From contig CAXXTH010000018.1 of the NCBI GenBank assembly GCA_963668025.2, forward strand, positions 96,001-160,000: 64,000 nt of DNA, given 5' to 3'. Position 1 is the stretch's first letter. Every line of letters begins with the position of its first letter. A model generated the notes under the pieces. It saw only the letters and a list, made by a program, of their open reading frames with translations. It was not told where the DNA came from and did no database searches. Origin of the DNA: Candidatus Hydrogenedentota bacterium. GTDB lineage: Bacteria; Hydrogenedentota; Hydrogenedentia; Hydrogenedentales; SLHB01. This document shows, piece by piece, positions 31,069 to 40,535 of this stretch. The translations under genes and the position numbers were made by a program.

Positions 31069-33068
31069 TATGACGCCACCTGTGGGTCCGCTTGAGCAGG
31101 CTGCTCCGGTTTGGACTCGGTGTCGCCAGAGCCTGGAGCGGCCTCCTCGGTTTTATCTGGCTCGCCCTTACCTGTTTTTTGCTCTATAGGAGAAGGCGCA
31201 CGCAATAACACCGTATCGCCTTCATCCAAACCTTTTTGCACCTCGATATATTCATCATTGAAAGCGCCCACTTCGACCACACGCCGCTCGGCGTTGCCCA
31301 GTGCGCTTTCAACATAGCATACGCGCTGGCCTTCATTAGAGAAAACAGCCTGTATAGGCACATATATCACATCGTCGAGCTGCTCGACCATAATCTCCAC
31401 ATCGGCGCTCATGCCCGGTTTGAGCCATTCGTTGACGCCGCCAATGCTTGCCGTGACGTTGTATACCTTTATATCCGGGTTCATCCAACGCTGGGAGGAA
31501 TCGGGCAAAACCGATACTTTCGTGATTTCGCCATCCAGTACGCGGTCAGGAAATGAATCCAGCCGAATGATGCATTTCTGGCCTTTCTGGACCTTTTTAA
31601 TCGAGGACTCATGCACTTTCACTTCCACCGACATTTTCGTCATATCGGGGATGGTAATGATATCTTGCCGCTCGCGAATAGTGGCGCCTGGCTCGATGCG
31701 GTCATTCCGCCACGGCTCGTCGCTTCCGGCATATACGACAAGGCCTGTGCGCTCCGCGCAAAGCGTGCATTTGTCGATTTGCTCATATAAATCTTTACGC
31801 CGTTTTGTCTGCAAATTATGTTTGGCTTCGTTTGATTTCATCCGGGCTTCCGATTGCGCGAGTTCGGAGGCGGCCTGCTGCCAGGTACGATCGAGCTTGC
31901 GCAATGCTTCTTCGAAGTCCGAAAGGAGCTTCTCCGCATTTTTTGGAAATTCGTATTTCATAAACAGTTCTTGAGCGATGCGGGAGGCCTCAGCGGAATT
32001 AGTGTTTCGGGCCACTTCCAATTCATCCTGCTCCAGCTCTTGTTTCGTGACGAAATCTTTCTCCCGAAGCCGTTTCGTGCCTTCTAGATCCGTCTTGGCC
32101 AGTTCGAGTTCTTGTTGTGAAAGAAGGGCGTCGCTCTGCAACTTGCGGAGTTTTTCCTGGGCCTCGCCATCTCCTAATTTCGCAGGATCCGCATATTGCA
32201 TAAAATTGATCGGCGGATGGGGAATGGCTACCGTGCTCGATATGGAAATGTCCGAATCCACATCCGTATTTTCCTTCTCCTTTAGAACAATATTTTCGCC
32301 TTCTTCGTTGCCTGCTTCGTCCCCTTTTTCCTCTTGCTTGCCATTCGAATCATCCGTAGTTTCAAAACTTGCCTTCTGCAATACAAGCCCCGATTCATTT
32401 TTTTCGGAGTCTGCCGAATCTTGTTTTACCGTCCGATCCACTGCGATGTTTGAAGGAGGGGTAGGAGTAGAAACCGGAGCCGTATCCTGCCGTGGTTTTA
32501 AGATATCGACATTATCTAAACCAATCGTACGTAAAATGTCATTGGCGGATTCCGCGCCAAGGTATTTTTCGAAATCCATTCGAGCGAATTTGACAAGCAA
32601 TTCGGCTTCGCGAATATCACTTTCATTTTGTTTGATCTGGATTTCATATTGTTTAGTCGCTTCCGTATAAGACGCAAGGGAACTCTGATATTCGATTTCC
32701 TGTTGAGTGGCGCGCTCTTCCAACTCCGAACTATCCAGAGTCACCAAGACCTTTTTGTCTTTTACGTCTTGTTCTGTAACCTGATAACCTTCATCCACAA
32801 TCGTGAGAATCTTGGTTTGTCCGGGGACTTCACACACAAGCTTCTGTGATTCTTCTGCTTTGATGCTTCCACCTTCGGTGACCGCGATGGTCAAATCACC
32901 TCGTTTGACATCGAAGGTAGTGCCATTCATGTTTTGGGGGCCTGTTTGGCGGAATGGGAGATATATGGCAACGGCAATAGCCGCCAGAATGCCTACTTTT
33001 ACAAATAGGCCTTTGCGCCCCCCGAGAAAGCGTCTCGATAGGCGAGTCTTCTCAGGATTCGATGTCAT
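31068..33068 (-). CDS. Efflux periplasmic adaptor subunit (MacA/HlyD-like) with acidic insertion
   Basis: N-terminal TM, lipoyl halves, long helical hairpin, LKPGMSADVEI, VPIQAV, GLDEGDTV. Confidence 0.9.
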   Translation of the reverse strand: MTSNPEKTRLSRRFLGGRKGLFVKVGILAAIAVAIYLPFRQTGPQNMNGTTFDVKRGDLTIAVTEGGSIKAEESQKLVCEVPGQTKILTIVDEGYQVTEQDVKDKKVLVTLDSSELEERATQQEIEYQSSLASYTEATKQYEIQIKQNESDIREAELLVKFARMDFEKYLGAESANDILRTIGLDNVDILKPRQDTAPVSTPTPPSNIAVDRTVKQDSADSEKNESGLVLQKASFETTDDSNGKQEEKGDEAGNEEGENIVLKEKENTDVDSDISISSTVAIPHPPINFMQYADPAKLGDGEAQEKLRKLQSDALLSQQELELAKTDLEGTKRLREKDFVTKQELEQDELEVARNTNSAEASRIAQELFMKYEFPKNAEKLLSDFEEALRKLDRTWQQAASELAQSEARMKSNEAKHNLQTKRRKDLYEQIDKCTLCAERTGLVVYAGSDEPWRNDRIEPGATIRERQDIITIPDMTKMSVEVKVHESSIKKVQKGQKCIIRLDSFPDRVLDGEITKVSVLPDSSQRWMNPDIKVYNVTASIGGVNEWLKPGMSADVEIMVEQLDDVIYVPIQAVFSNEGQRVCYVESALGNAERRVVEVGAFNDEYIEVQKGLDEGDTVLLRAPSPIEQKTGKGEPDKTEEAAPGSGDTESKPEQPAQADPQVAS

Positions 33069-35007
33069 CGCTTACGTCCTCCCATTGGCCATTTTCTTTG
33101 ATGAATAGAATGCCCATGTCCCGCCAAAATTCGAGCCGTGCGATCGTGTGGGCCACCAGCGCATTCGTAAGCTCATTTCTGGCGGAGGTCAAGTCATTTT
33201 GGGCGTCTACAAGATTCAAGGCATTGCCCCGGCCGAGTTCGGACAGCAGGGACTGTTCCGCTACACGGTCTTCGTTGATTCGAACGCCAATCTGGCGGAT
33301 ATCGTATGTCTGCCGGGCTTGGTCTAGAGAACGCCATGCGTCACGCACCTCTAGCTTGATATCATCAATGCCAAGCTCCAAATTTCTTTTGGCGCGCTCA
33401 TATTGAATGAGCGCGGAGCGGTATTCGTTTCGCTCTGATTTACGGTCGAGGGGCAGCTCCAGATCGATTCCCACCCCGGCTTTCGTGCGTTGGAAGTCTA
33501 ATTCCTGGAATCGATCTCCAGGCTTGCTGTCAACTTGTGCATCAATGTTTAGGTCCAAGTCGGGAAGCAAGCTGTTTTTTTGCACTTCGACCTGCCTGCT
33601 GGCGTCTTCCACGGCATCCTTCGTGTTATATAAGTCAAGACGGCTGTTGAGGGCCACTTTGATGGCGTCATCGGAAGAGATGCGCCACTCCACGAGGCCT
33701 TGCTCTTTCAAGCGAACCAGCTCGCCCAGATCAAGCGCCAGGCTGCTGTCCACTGGGAGGCCTAGCATAATCTTGAATTCATCCAGGCTCTGTTTATATT
33801 GGCTGATGGAATCGTTCCAGCCGTTTTTCGCGTTCAGTTCCGCTTGCTCGACGCGCCGCAGATCGGATGTTTTTTCCCGTCCTTCGGCGACAAATGCGCG
33901 GTCGCGCTCGGCGCTTTCTTTGAAGGCCAAATAGCTCAAATAGTTATTGTTGAGTTCGTCCCGCTGCTGTAGCACGCTATAATAAGATGACGCGACTTGC
34001 ACCGAGAAAGTCTTCCGATAATGGGTATAGGAACGAAGATCATACAGCACATCGCGTTCCGCTTGCGTGAGCCTTTCCGCGGCCACTTTACTGCCAGCGC
34101 CTCGCAGGATTGGCTGGGTGAATGTGGCGATAAGGGCTGAATTCGTGCTGACACGCGAATCGCCTGTCAGGAAACGTAGAAAATTGGACGTAATATCCAC
34201 GGCTATCCGGCCGCCGCCTTTCAGCAAGAGATCCACCCCGGCATTGGTTTGGCCGCTTACACTGCGTTCATCCCGAATATTCAGATCCGGCTGGTCCAGT
34301 TCCGACACGGCAACGGCTTCTTCTACAAGACTGGAATAACGGGAAAGCAACGCAGCAGGAGTTCCCACCAGGCCTCCAATTTGATTCACCATATCCGGAG
34401 CCGCTTGGGCCATGGCCGCCGTGGTGGATAGTTCATACACGTCGTTGGTGGAACGATCATATGAGCTCGAAGCGCCACCGGAAAAAATAGGGGTGTACTG
34501 GTGCCGGGTCAACGTCAGATTCAATACGGATAGGTACAAGGATTCTTTTTGATTCTGATAGGAACGGTTGTGTTTCACCGCAAGATCAAGGGCTTTCTCC
34601 AACGAGATGATGGATGCGCCTACCTCGGAATCCGCTAATTCACCCAAGGCGTCGTCTTTTTCCGCTACTTTTGGAAGCCCTTCCAAGCCAGGCGGCGGAG
34701 CGGGCTCAATCGTAAATTTGGGTTCCATATTAGGCACATCAGAAGCCTTGTCCTCAACTATCTTATAGACTTCCTTGTCCGCGGATTCCCGGAAATGAGT
34801 AGTCGAGCAGCTCAACGCGCCTAAAAGCACGGACAACACGGCGGCATAAGAAATAACGTTCCTATACAGCCCGTTTGTTCTATTACAGGTCGATCTAATC
34901 ACTTTGGAGAAAATCCTCTCCGTTTGTACGTGCATTTGACGATTCAAACGCAGCCCCGGCCTTTGGCCGAAATACTTTTCCACCAGGTTTGGAGTGATTA
35001 GCGCCAA
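33052..35007 (-). CDS. TolC family outer-membrane efflux protein (lipoprotein)
   Basis: Lipobox LGALS-C; TFTQPILRGAG, VRDAWRSL, LVDAQNDL repeats; first gene of a macAB-like operon; true start likely downstream of 35007. Confidence 0.88.
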   Translation of the reverse strand: MALITPNLVEKYFGQRPGLRLNRQMHVQTERIFSKVIRSTCNRTNGLYRNVISYAAVLSVLLGALSCSTTHFRESADKEVYKIVEDKASDVPNMEPKFTIEPAPPPGLEGLPKVAEKDDALGELADSEVGASIISLEKALDLAVKHNRSYQNQKESLYLSVLNLTLTRHQYTPIFSGGASSSYDRSTNDVYELSTTAAMAQAAPDMVNQIGGLVGTPAALLSRYSSLVEEAVAVSELDQPDLNIRDERSVSGQTNAGVDLLLKGGGRIAVDITSNFLRFLTGDSRVSTNSALIATFTQPILRGAGSKVAAERLTQAERDVLYDLRSYTHYRKTFSVQVASSYYSVLQQRDELNNNYLSYLAFKESAERDRAFVAEGREKTSDLRRVEQAELNAKNGWNDSISQYKQSLDEFKIMLGLPVDSSLALDLGELVRLKEQGLVEWRISSDDAIKVALNSRLDLYNTKDAVEDASRQVEVQKNSLLPDLDLNIDAQVDSKPGDRFQELDFQRTKAGVGIDLELPLDRKSERNEYRSALIQYERAKRNLELGIDDIKLEVRDAWRSLDQARQTYDIRQIGVRINEDRVAEQSLLSELGRGNALNLVDAQNDLTSARNELTNALVAHTIARLEFWRDMGILFIKENGQWEDVSDDIES

Positions 35008-35325
35008 TGCGCCCCATCTTGAATTCGAAACACAACTGTGCCTTCCGCCTTATTAATGTCCATTTCATGAAAAAAGTTCCCATATTCATTCAGAATATGG
35101 AGTATTAGCCCAATCTCACAAAAGTGTATTGATTTCAATGGCTTATCCCTGCCAAACGTACAACCGCGCACAGTGTATGCCCGAATAGCAAAGATAATTA
35201 TGATAATTCCACGATTACAGCAGCATGTTCCAGCACACGACTAATTCAAGTATGCCCGAAATGATTGCATGCCATACTGGGCCTGATGGTATGGCGCAGC
35301 ATCCTTACCGATCACGTCGTTATAA

Positions 35326-36125
35326 TCAGGAAACACCATCTTCAGGTTTGCGCGGAATGCCAAGTGATTTGAGAAACGCATCTATATCGAATTCAGGGTT
35401 GGGCGCGCTTTGTTCAGGGTGGAAACGGAGCGGATTACGGATATACGCCCGCTGGCAAGACGGGCATAAATCGAGTTTGAAGCCTTTATATACCGTGGCT
35501 TCGATTTCGCGCGGATCTTTTTCTTTCATGCGTTCGACAAGCTGGGCCATTTCGGTGCGATGATCTCGCAGTAAAAAACCACGCCCAGAGGACGTGGCTT
35601 TGCTTTGGCCACTCAGAGAGTGGCTGAGTGCTTGCACCCAGAGGATGCAAGCGTGGGTTGTGTTCCGCAACGCCGCTTGGTTCAATACTTCATTTTTAGC
35701 TATTCATCGTGACGTTCCGTTTCTTCCTGGAACTTCACGTACTTGCTGCCCACATAACGTTTGGATACAGGTGTAAACCTCCTTGCCCACCGGTCCCGTC
35801 AAAACCCGGTAGCAATATTTGGGAGCCCATACCATGTGATATTGGCAATACCATATCGCATATGATGATTTGCGGAAACGACTCATTGGCATCTCCTTTT
35901 CGGTGTTGCGGAACAACACGAGTGTAGGAGATGCCGATGGGCTTAAACAGGCTGAGCCAAAGGCCCTATGACCACGTCCAAAGGACGTGGGTTTTTAGGT
36001 CGCACTAAATCCAGCAGCGTGATTTCGAGTTGATCATAAGCGGCGCGCACATCGATTTTCACCGTGTACCGCAAATCGCCCTGCTTCATTTCCTTGCCAC
36101 AGCCGTCACAACGGAATCTGATCAT
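35326..36125 (-). pseudogene. Small Zn-finger (CxxC...CxxC) protein gene split by an IS200 remnant
   Basis: 5' part MIRFRCDGCG...LLDLVR (36125-36000) joins in frame with 3' part DHRTEM...DLCPSCQRAYIRNPL... (35565-35326) when the insertion is removed. Confidence 0.85.
35571..35999 (-). mobile_element. tnpA: Non-autonomous IS200/IS605-family element with internally deleted tnpA
   Basis: TnpA N-terminus MSRFRKSSYAIWYCQYHMVWAPKY fused out of frame to the C-terminus KYVKFQEE; terminal hairpins CCACGTCC-TTT-GGACGTGG and CCACGTCC-TCT-GGGCGTGG; RBS-sequestering 5' hairpin (35888-35935). Confidence 0.88.
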
Positions 36126-36255
36126 GATACAGCCACTCCACAGCCTGCCTTAACCAGTATACATCAAATGCCGTTCTCGTATCGCGGCTCTAGAAGAACT
36201 ACAAATAGACGCGATCTGCTCATACGAAAGGCAAGGTTTATCTTGAATCCTATTT

Positions 36256-36342
36256 CACGCGAAACCGCCAAGCACGCGAAGATTTTAAAAAACCAACGGC
36301 AGGAATGCCTCAGTACATCCTATATCGTGGCCATTCGTGGTG
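36256..36342. repeat. Degenerate inverted pair of triplet repeats (CACGCGAA type)
   Basis: CACGCGAAACCGCCAAGCACGCGAAG and ATCGTGGCCATTCGTGGTG. Confidence 0.45.
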
Positions 36343-36421
36343 CAAAAATGATGAACATGGAAATGTGCGATTGGAGCACGCATAATGAAGGCATCACACA
36401 AACAAGCGGGATTTGAAACGC

Positions 36422-37774
36422 ATGAACATTATTCTGGTTATTTTTGATTCGTTGCGCAAGGATTGTATCAGCGCGTATGGAAAGCCGCCGTGGGGGCGTA
36501 TCGATACCCCACATTTCGAGGCATTTTCTAGAGAATCACTCATTATGACTCGGGCGTTCCCAGAATCGCTGCCGGGCCTCCCGGCGCGCCGGGCCATTTA
36601 CACAGGGAAGCGGGCGTATCCATTCCATCCTGGCGGCATGCCTCCGAAAAACTGCTCGCCTGGATGGGGGCCTATTCCGGAAAACCAAGCCACATTGGCG
36701 GAAATTCTCAGCGAGGCCGGTTACCGTACTGGACTCATCTCGGACATGTACCACCAATTCGCGCCATCCGGGAATTACTGGCGGGGTTTCGACCAATGGA
36801 TGTTCTTGCGCGGCCAGGAACTTGATCCCGCGCGCTCGGGGCCCGAGCTTTCGCAAGCGGAACTGGATCAATGGCTTCCTCGGGAAATGCAGCACGACGA
36901 CAGCATCCGGTTCATCCGCCATTGCGTCCTCAACATGCGTGACCGGCGGTATGAAGAGGATTACTTTGCTCCACGGGTGTTTCGTGAGGCCGCGTTATGG
37001 CTCGAACAAAATCAGGACGCCGCCCGCTTCTTTCTCACGGTCGAGTGTTTTGATCCCCATGAGCCATGGCTTACGCCTCCGCATTATCTCCGGCGGTATA
37101 TGCCTAGCCCATCGCATGAGGCGCTGCGTTCGAACTACGCGGATGATGCGTTAAACGCGGAATTATATCAGCGCACCCAGGCCAACTACAGCGCGAATGT
37201 GGCGCTCTGCGACCGGTGGTTCGGCTTTTTCCTGGAGCAGATGCGGGTGTTGGGACGGCTTGAGGACACCCTCCTCATTGTCACTTCCGATCATGGGCAT
37301 TCCATCGGCGAGCAAGGCTATTGCGGAAAACGGGGGCATCCATCCCGGCCGGAAGTGCTTGAAACGCCGCTCTTGCTGCGGTTCCCTAGCGGCGACCATG
37401 GCGGCAAAACGAGCGATATGCTCGTGCAGCATGTAGACATCGCCGGGGTCATTCTCAAAGCGGCCGACGTCTTGCCGCCGCGTCCCATTGATGGCGAATC
37501 GTTTGTCGAGAATGCTTTACTGGGCAATCCCGGCCCACGCACTCACGTCACCATAGGATGGGGCGCGGACGTAACCGTTATCACCAAACGCTGGTGGTTC
37601 AATTGCACGGTATTGGGAACCAAACGGCTCTTGTACGATTTACAATCGCCACGGCCTTTCGATGCGAATGTGGCCGAACACTATCCAGATGTGCTGGAAA
37701 AGTTATTCGCCATCGCCGTGCAAGACGCGGGCGGCGCGTTCCCGAGCTCGCTGCTGGAAGAAGCGCGGCGTTAG
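36422..37774 (+). CDS. Sulfatase / alkaline phosphatase superfamily protein
   Basis: IFDSLRKD, TPHF, LPARRAIYTG, FDPHEPW, TSDHG motifs. Confidence 0.9.
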   Translation: MNIILVIFDSLRKDCISAYGKPPWGRIDTPHFEAFSRESLIMTRAFPESLPGLPARRAIYTGKRAYPFHPGGMPPKNCSPGWGPIPENQATLAEILSEAGYRTGLISDMYHQFAPSGNYWRGFDQWMFLRGQELDPARSGPELSQAELDQWLPREMQHDDSIRFIRHCVLNMRDRRYEEDYFAPRVFREAALWLEQNQDAARFFLTVECFDPHEPWLTPPHYLRRYMPSPSHEALRSNYADDALNAELYQRTQANYSANVALCDRWFGFFLEQMRVLGRLEDTLLIVTSDHGHSIGEQGYCGKRGHPSRPEVLETPLLLRFPSGDHGGKTSDMLVQHVDIAGVILKAADVLPPRPIDGESFVENALLGNPGPRTHVTIGWGADVTVITKRWWFNCTVLGTKRLLYDLQSPRPFDANVAEHYPDVLEKLFAIAVQDAGGAFPSSLLEEARR

Positions 37775-37776
37775 GC

Positions 37777-37807
37777 AGGGTTTAGGGTTTAGGGTTTAGG
37801 GTTTAGG
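37777..37807 (+). repeat. (AGGGTTT)x4 telomere-like tract filling a convergent intergenic gap
   Basis: AGGGTTTAGGGTTTAGGGTTTAGGGTTTAGG read directly. Confidence 0.95.
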
Positions 37808-38675
37808 CTTCGGAGGCTGGCGATGACGCCTCGGGCTGTTCTTCCTTGGGTTCCGCTTTAGGCTCTTCTTTGACTGGTTCTGGCTCGGCTTCGGCTTCCA
37901 TGGGGGCTTTCGCGGCCACTTCCGCGATGTCCGAGGCGGGTATAACAACCGAGGTCATATCAGGGCCGCTCGATGTGTCGCTCGTTGTATCCGTGTAGCG
38001 CTGGACGACCATGCCAATGCAGCCGCCATCGAGTGCGAAAACGGGAGCGCCCAGGAAATTGGGACTGGTCTCAGTCGGCAGCACATAGGTGCGCCGGGGC
38101 TTCTCGACCATGGCCTCGATGCGTGACAGGGAACCCGCGCAAGCGCGCCGGGCGACTTTTCCCAAACGGTGCAGCACAAGGGCATGGTCTAGTACTTGCA
38201 CTTGCCCCGCCTTGGCAAGATCGACATAGGGGAACGGCTCGGCGGCAGGCTGGACCGGGCGGATAAACGCCAAATCGAGATCTTTGTCACGCAGCACAAT
38301 CTTGCCCGGCACTTCCTTGCGGTCGCCCAGCACAATTGTCAATTCCTTCACGCGGGTGTCAATCTGCAAACCTTCCAGTTCTCCAGCCATGGACCCCATA
38401 AAATTCTGCAACGCGCTGGCAGGATCCGTGGAGAATAACGAAACGACCGTCAACCCGTCCGCGCCGATAATGGTTCCCGTGACCTCGGTCACACTCTCTT
38501 CTTCCTGGGTGCCCGTGCCTGGCATGGACATCTTCATGCTCATCACCAAGCGCACCGTGGCGACGGCGTTCGAGGATGCATCGAAAATGGCCCGGCCCGC
38601 TTGTGCGATATCATCCGCAAACGAAACAAACGGCATGCAGACAGCCAACACCACCAGCGCGGAAATCCGCTTCAT
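37803..38675 (-). CDS. Secreted trypsin-like fold protein lacking catalytic His and Ser
   Basis: Signal peptide MKRISALVVLAVCMPFVSFA; GTIIGADG, DKDLDLAFI, LGAPVFALDGGCIGM align to HtrA-type protease motifs. Confidence 0.75.
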   Translation of the reverse strand: MKRISALVVLAVCMPFVSFADDIAQAGRAIFDASSNAVATVRLVMSMKMSMPGTGTQEEESVTEVTGTIIGADGLTVVSLFSTDPASALQNFMGSMAGELEGLQIDTRVKELTIVLGDRKEVPGKIVLRDKDLDLAFIRPVQPAAEPFPYVDLAKAGQVQVLDHALVLHRLGKVARRACAGSLSRIEAMVEKPRRTYVLPTETSPNFLGAPVFALDGGCIGMVVQRYTDTTSDTSSGPDMTSVVIPASDIAEVAAKAPMEAEAEPEPVKEEPKAEPKEEQPEASSPASEA

Positions 38676-38928
38676 AAGGCTCATCCTCTCAGGGGGAAAA
38701 TTCGCCGGGAATACCGGCATGTATTCAGGCCGCGCCCCATACGCTATAGCCATCTCCCGTGCGCCATCACACGGGAAACTCCATACTACAGGGTTTGCAC
38801 GGATGGTTCAATTAGTCAAATCCATCCCTGCTCGCCACATAAATGGAATGTTTTCAAGCGTATGCACATAATAACCATAGATATCTACACGTATGTATTC
38901 AACGGCTCCATCATTTTGGGTGAAAGCA

Positions 38929-38978
38929 CGTAGCATGGGCGTCCCGCCCATGCACATGGCCGGGACGGCCATGCTACG
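38929..38978. repeat. REP/REPIN-like palindromic doublet (GTAG type)
   Basis: CGTAGCATGGGCGTCCCGCCCATG-CA-CATGGCCGGGACGGCCATGCTACG: two inverted internally palindromic units, each beginning with GTAG. Confidence 0.75.
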
Positions 38979-39063
38979 AGGAGTGCATATCTCTGCTCTC
39001 TTATCTGATGATCAGGGATCCATGTAATCTAAAACAACTCGATCTTTATCTTTTTTTTGCCTC

Positions 39064-39100
39064 TTGACAAATAGTCACTGTTTATATAAGTTATACACAG
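39064..39100 (+). promoter_or_regulatory. Sigma70 promoter with overlapping YtrA/GntR-type operator
   Basis: TTGACA (39064-39069), 17-bp spacer, TAAGTT (39087-39092); palindrome CTGTtTATA-N5-TATAcACAG (39078-39100); near-leaderless ATG at 39104. Confidence 0.75.
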
Positions 39101-39103
39101 CAT

Positions 39104-39502
39104 ATGGACCAAGCTAAGCACATAACGTTGCCCCCCGTTTCCGCGGCGGCTCCGGGGCCCCTCTACGTGCAGATCGTCGAGGGCGTCAAACGCGAGGTGA
39201 GCGAAGGCCGGCTACAGCCCGGCCAGGCGCTGCCGTCGTTCCGCGCCTTGGCCGAGGAGCTCATGGTCAGCCTCATCACCGTGAAGCGGGCTTATGAGGA
39301 ATTGGAACGAGCGGGCATCATCTACCGCAAACAAGGCCTGGGCACGTATGTCAGTGACAACGGCGCGGCGCGCAGCCGTTCGGAGAAGGAGGCGCGCGCG
39401 GCCGAGTGGATTCGGGAAGGGCTTCGGGAAGGCCGCGAAGCCGGTTTATCACACGAGGAATTGGAGGCGCTCATCCAGCGGGAGCTGGACGAATGGGAGT
39501 AA
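39104..39502 (+). CDS. ytrA: GntR family (YtrA subfamily) transcriptional regulator
   Basis: PLYVQIV...LQPGQALPSFRALAEELMVSLITVKRAYEELE...GLGTYV; short C-terminal domain. Confidence 0.93.
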   Translation: MDQAKHITLPPVSAAAPGPLYVQIVEGVKREVSEGRLQPGQALPSFRALAEELMVSLITVKRAYEELERAGIIYRKQGLGTYVSDNGAARSRSEKEARAAEWIREGLREGREAGLSHEELEALIQRELDEWE

Positions 39503-39518
39503 CCATAAGGAGGCGGTC

Positions 39519-40403
39519 ATGAGCAATCAAGCAGTACTAGAAATTCGCGGACTCGAGAAACGGTTCGGGGCCTTCCATCTGGGGCCGATGGACATGACGG
39601 TGCCCGAGGGGGCCATCTATGGCTACGTGGGCCCGAACGGTGCGGGCAAGACCACCACCATCGACCTCATCATGGGCATGGGCGCGAAGGACGCCGGGAG
39701 CATCCGTGTCTTCGGGATGGACCACCTTCAAGAGGAAGTGGCCGTCAAACTGAAGGTGGGGTATGTCAGCCCCGACCTGTCGTACAACGCCTGGGGCAAG
39801 GTCTACAAGCTCATCGCGTTCGTGCGCACCTTCTATCCCGATTGGGACGACGCCTATTGCGAGCAACTCCTCAAGCGCTTCCAGATCGGCTGGCGCGACC
39901 GCATCTCGACGCTCTCCTTCGGCTCGCGCACGAAACTCGCCCTCGTCGTGGCCCTCTCCCACCGGCCCACCCTGCTCCTACTCGACGAACCGACCTCCGG
40001 CCTCGACGCCGTGGCGAAACGGGAACTCTTCGAGGAACTGCTCGACGCCGTACAGGACGAACAACGCACCGTCCTTATTTCCTCGCACAACCTCGACGAC
40101 GTGGAACGCTTCACGGACCATCTCGGCATCCTCTACAAAGGCCGCCTCATGCTCGAAGGCTCCACGTCCGAGTTGGTGTCGCGCTACCGCCTCATCGACT
40201 GCACCGTACCCGAGCTATTCAATCCCAGGGCCTTCGAAGCATTACGTCCCCAGCGGCAAGACGGCTCCCGCTGGCGTTTCCTCGCCGACATCACCAATGG
40301 CGCTCTGGAACAACTCAAAAACGCCGGCGCGACCCACATCACCGAAACGCCCGTGACCCTCGAAGACCTCTTCGTGGCGCTGGTCCGGGAAGACAACGCA
40401 TGA
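39519..40403 (+). CDS. ABC-2 type ATP-binding protein (YtrB-like)
   Basis: AAGGAGG RBS; GPNGAGKTT, LSFG, LLLDEPTSGLD, ISSH, TLEDLF. Confidence 0.95.
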   Translation: MSNQAVLEIRGLEKRFGAFHLGPMDMTVPEGAIYGYVGPNGAGKTTTIDLIMGMGAKDAGSIRVFGMDHLQEEVAVKLKVGYVSPDLSYNAWGKVYKLIAFVRTFYPDWDDAYCEQLLKRFQIGWRDRISTLSFGSRTKLALVVALSHRPTLLLLDEPTSGLDAVAKRELFEELLDAVQDEQRTVLISSHNLDDVERFTDHLGILYKGRLMLEGSTSELVSRYRLIDCTVPELFNPRAFEALRPQRQDGSRWRFLADITNGALEQLKNAGATHITETPVTLEDLFVALVREDNA

Positions 40404-40427
40404 ATGCGCATGCTGTGGCAATAGCTT

Positions 40428-40510
40428 CTCTGCGTCCTCAGTGTCTCTGTGGTGAAAACTCCGGATTATTCACCACAGAGACACAGAGAAACACATGCGA
40501 AACACAGAGG
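40428..40510. repeat. Inverted triplet-repeat element (CTCTGTG / CACAGAG), copy 1
   Basis: ...GTGTCTCTGTGGTGAA-AACTCCGGATTA-TTCACCACAGAGACACAGAG... Confidence 0.9.
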
Positions 40511-40535
40511 AATTCAAACTGGAGCGGTAGAGCAA

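Noticed and set aside
39294-39518. N-terminal extensions of the ATPase (from 39294) and permease 1 (from 40449)
   Set aside because: They overlap ytrA or the repeat element; RBS-supported starts are at 39519 and 40536.
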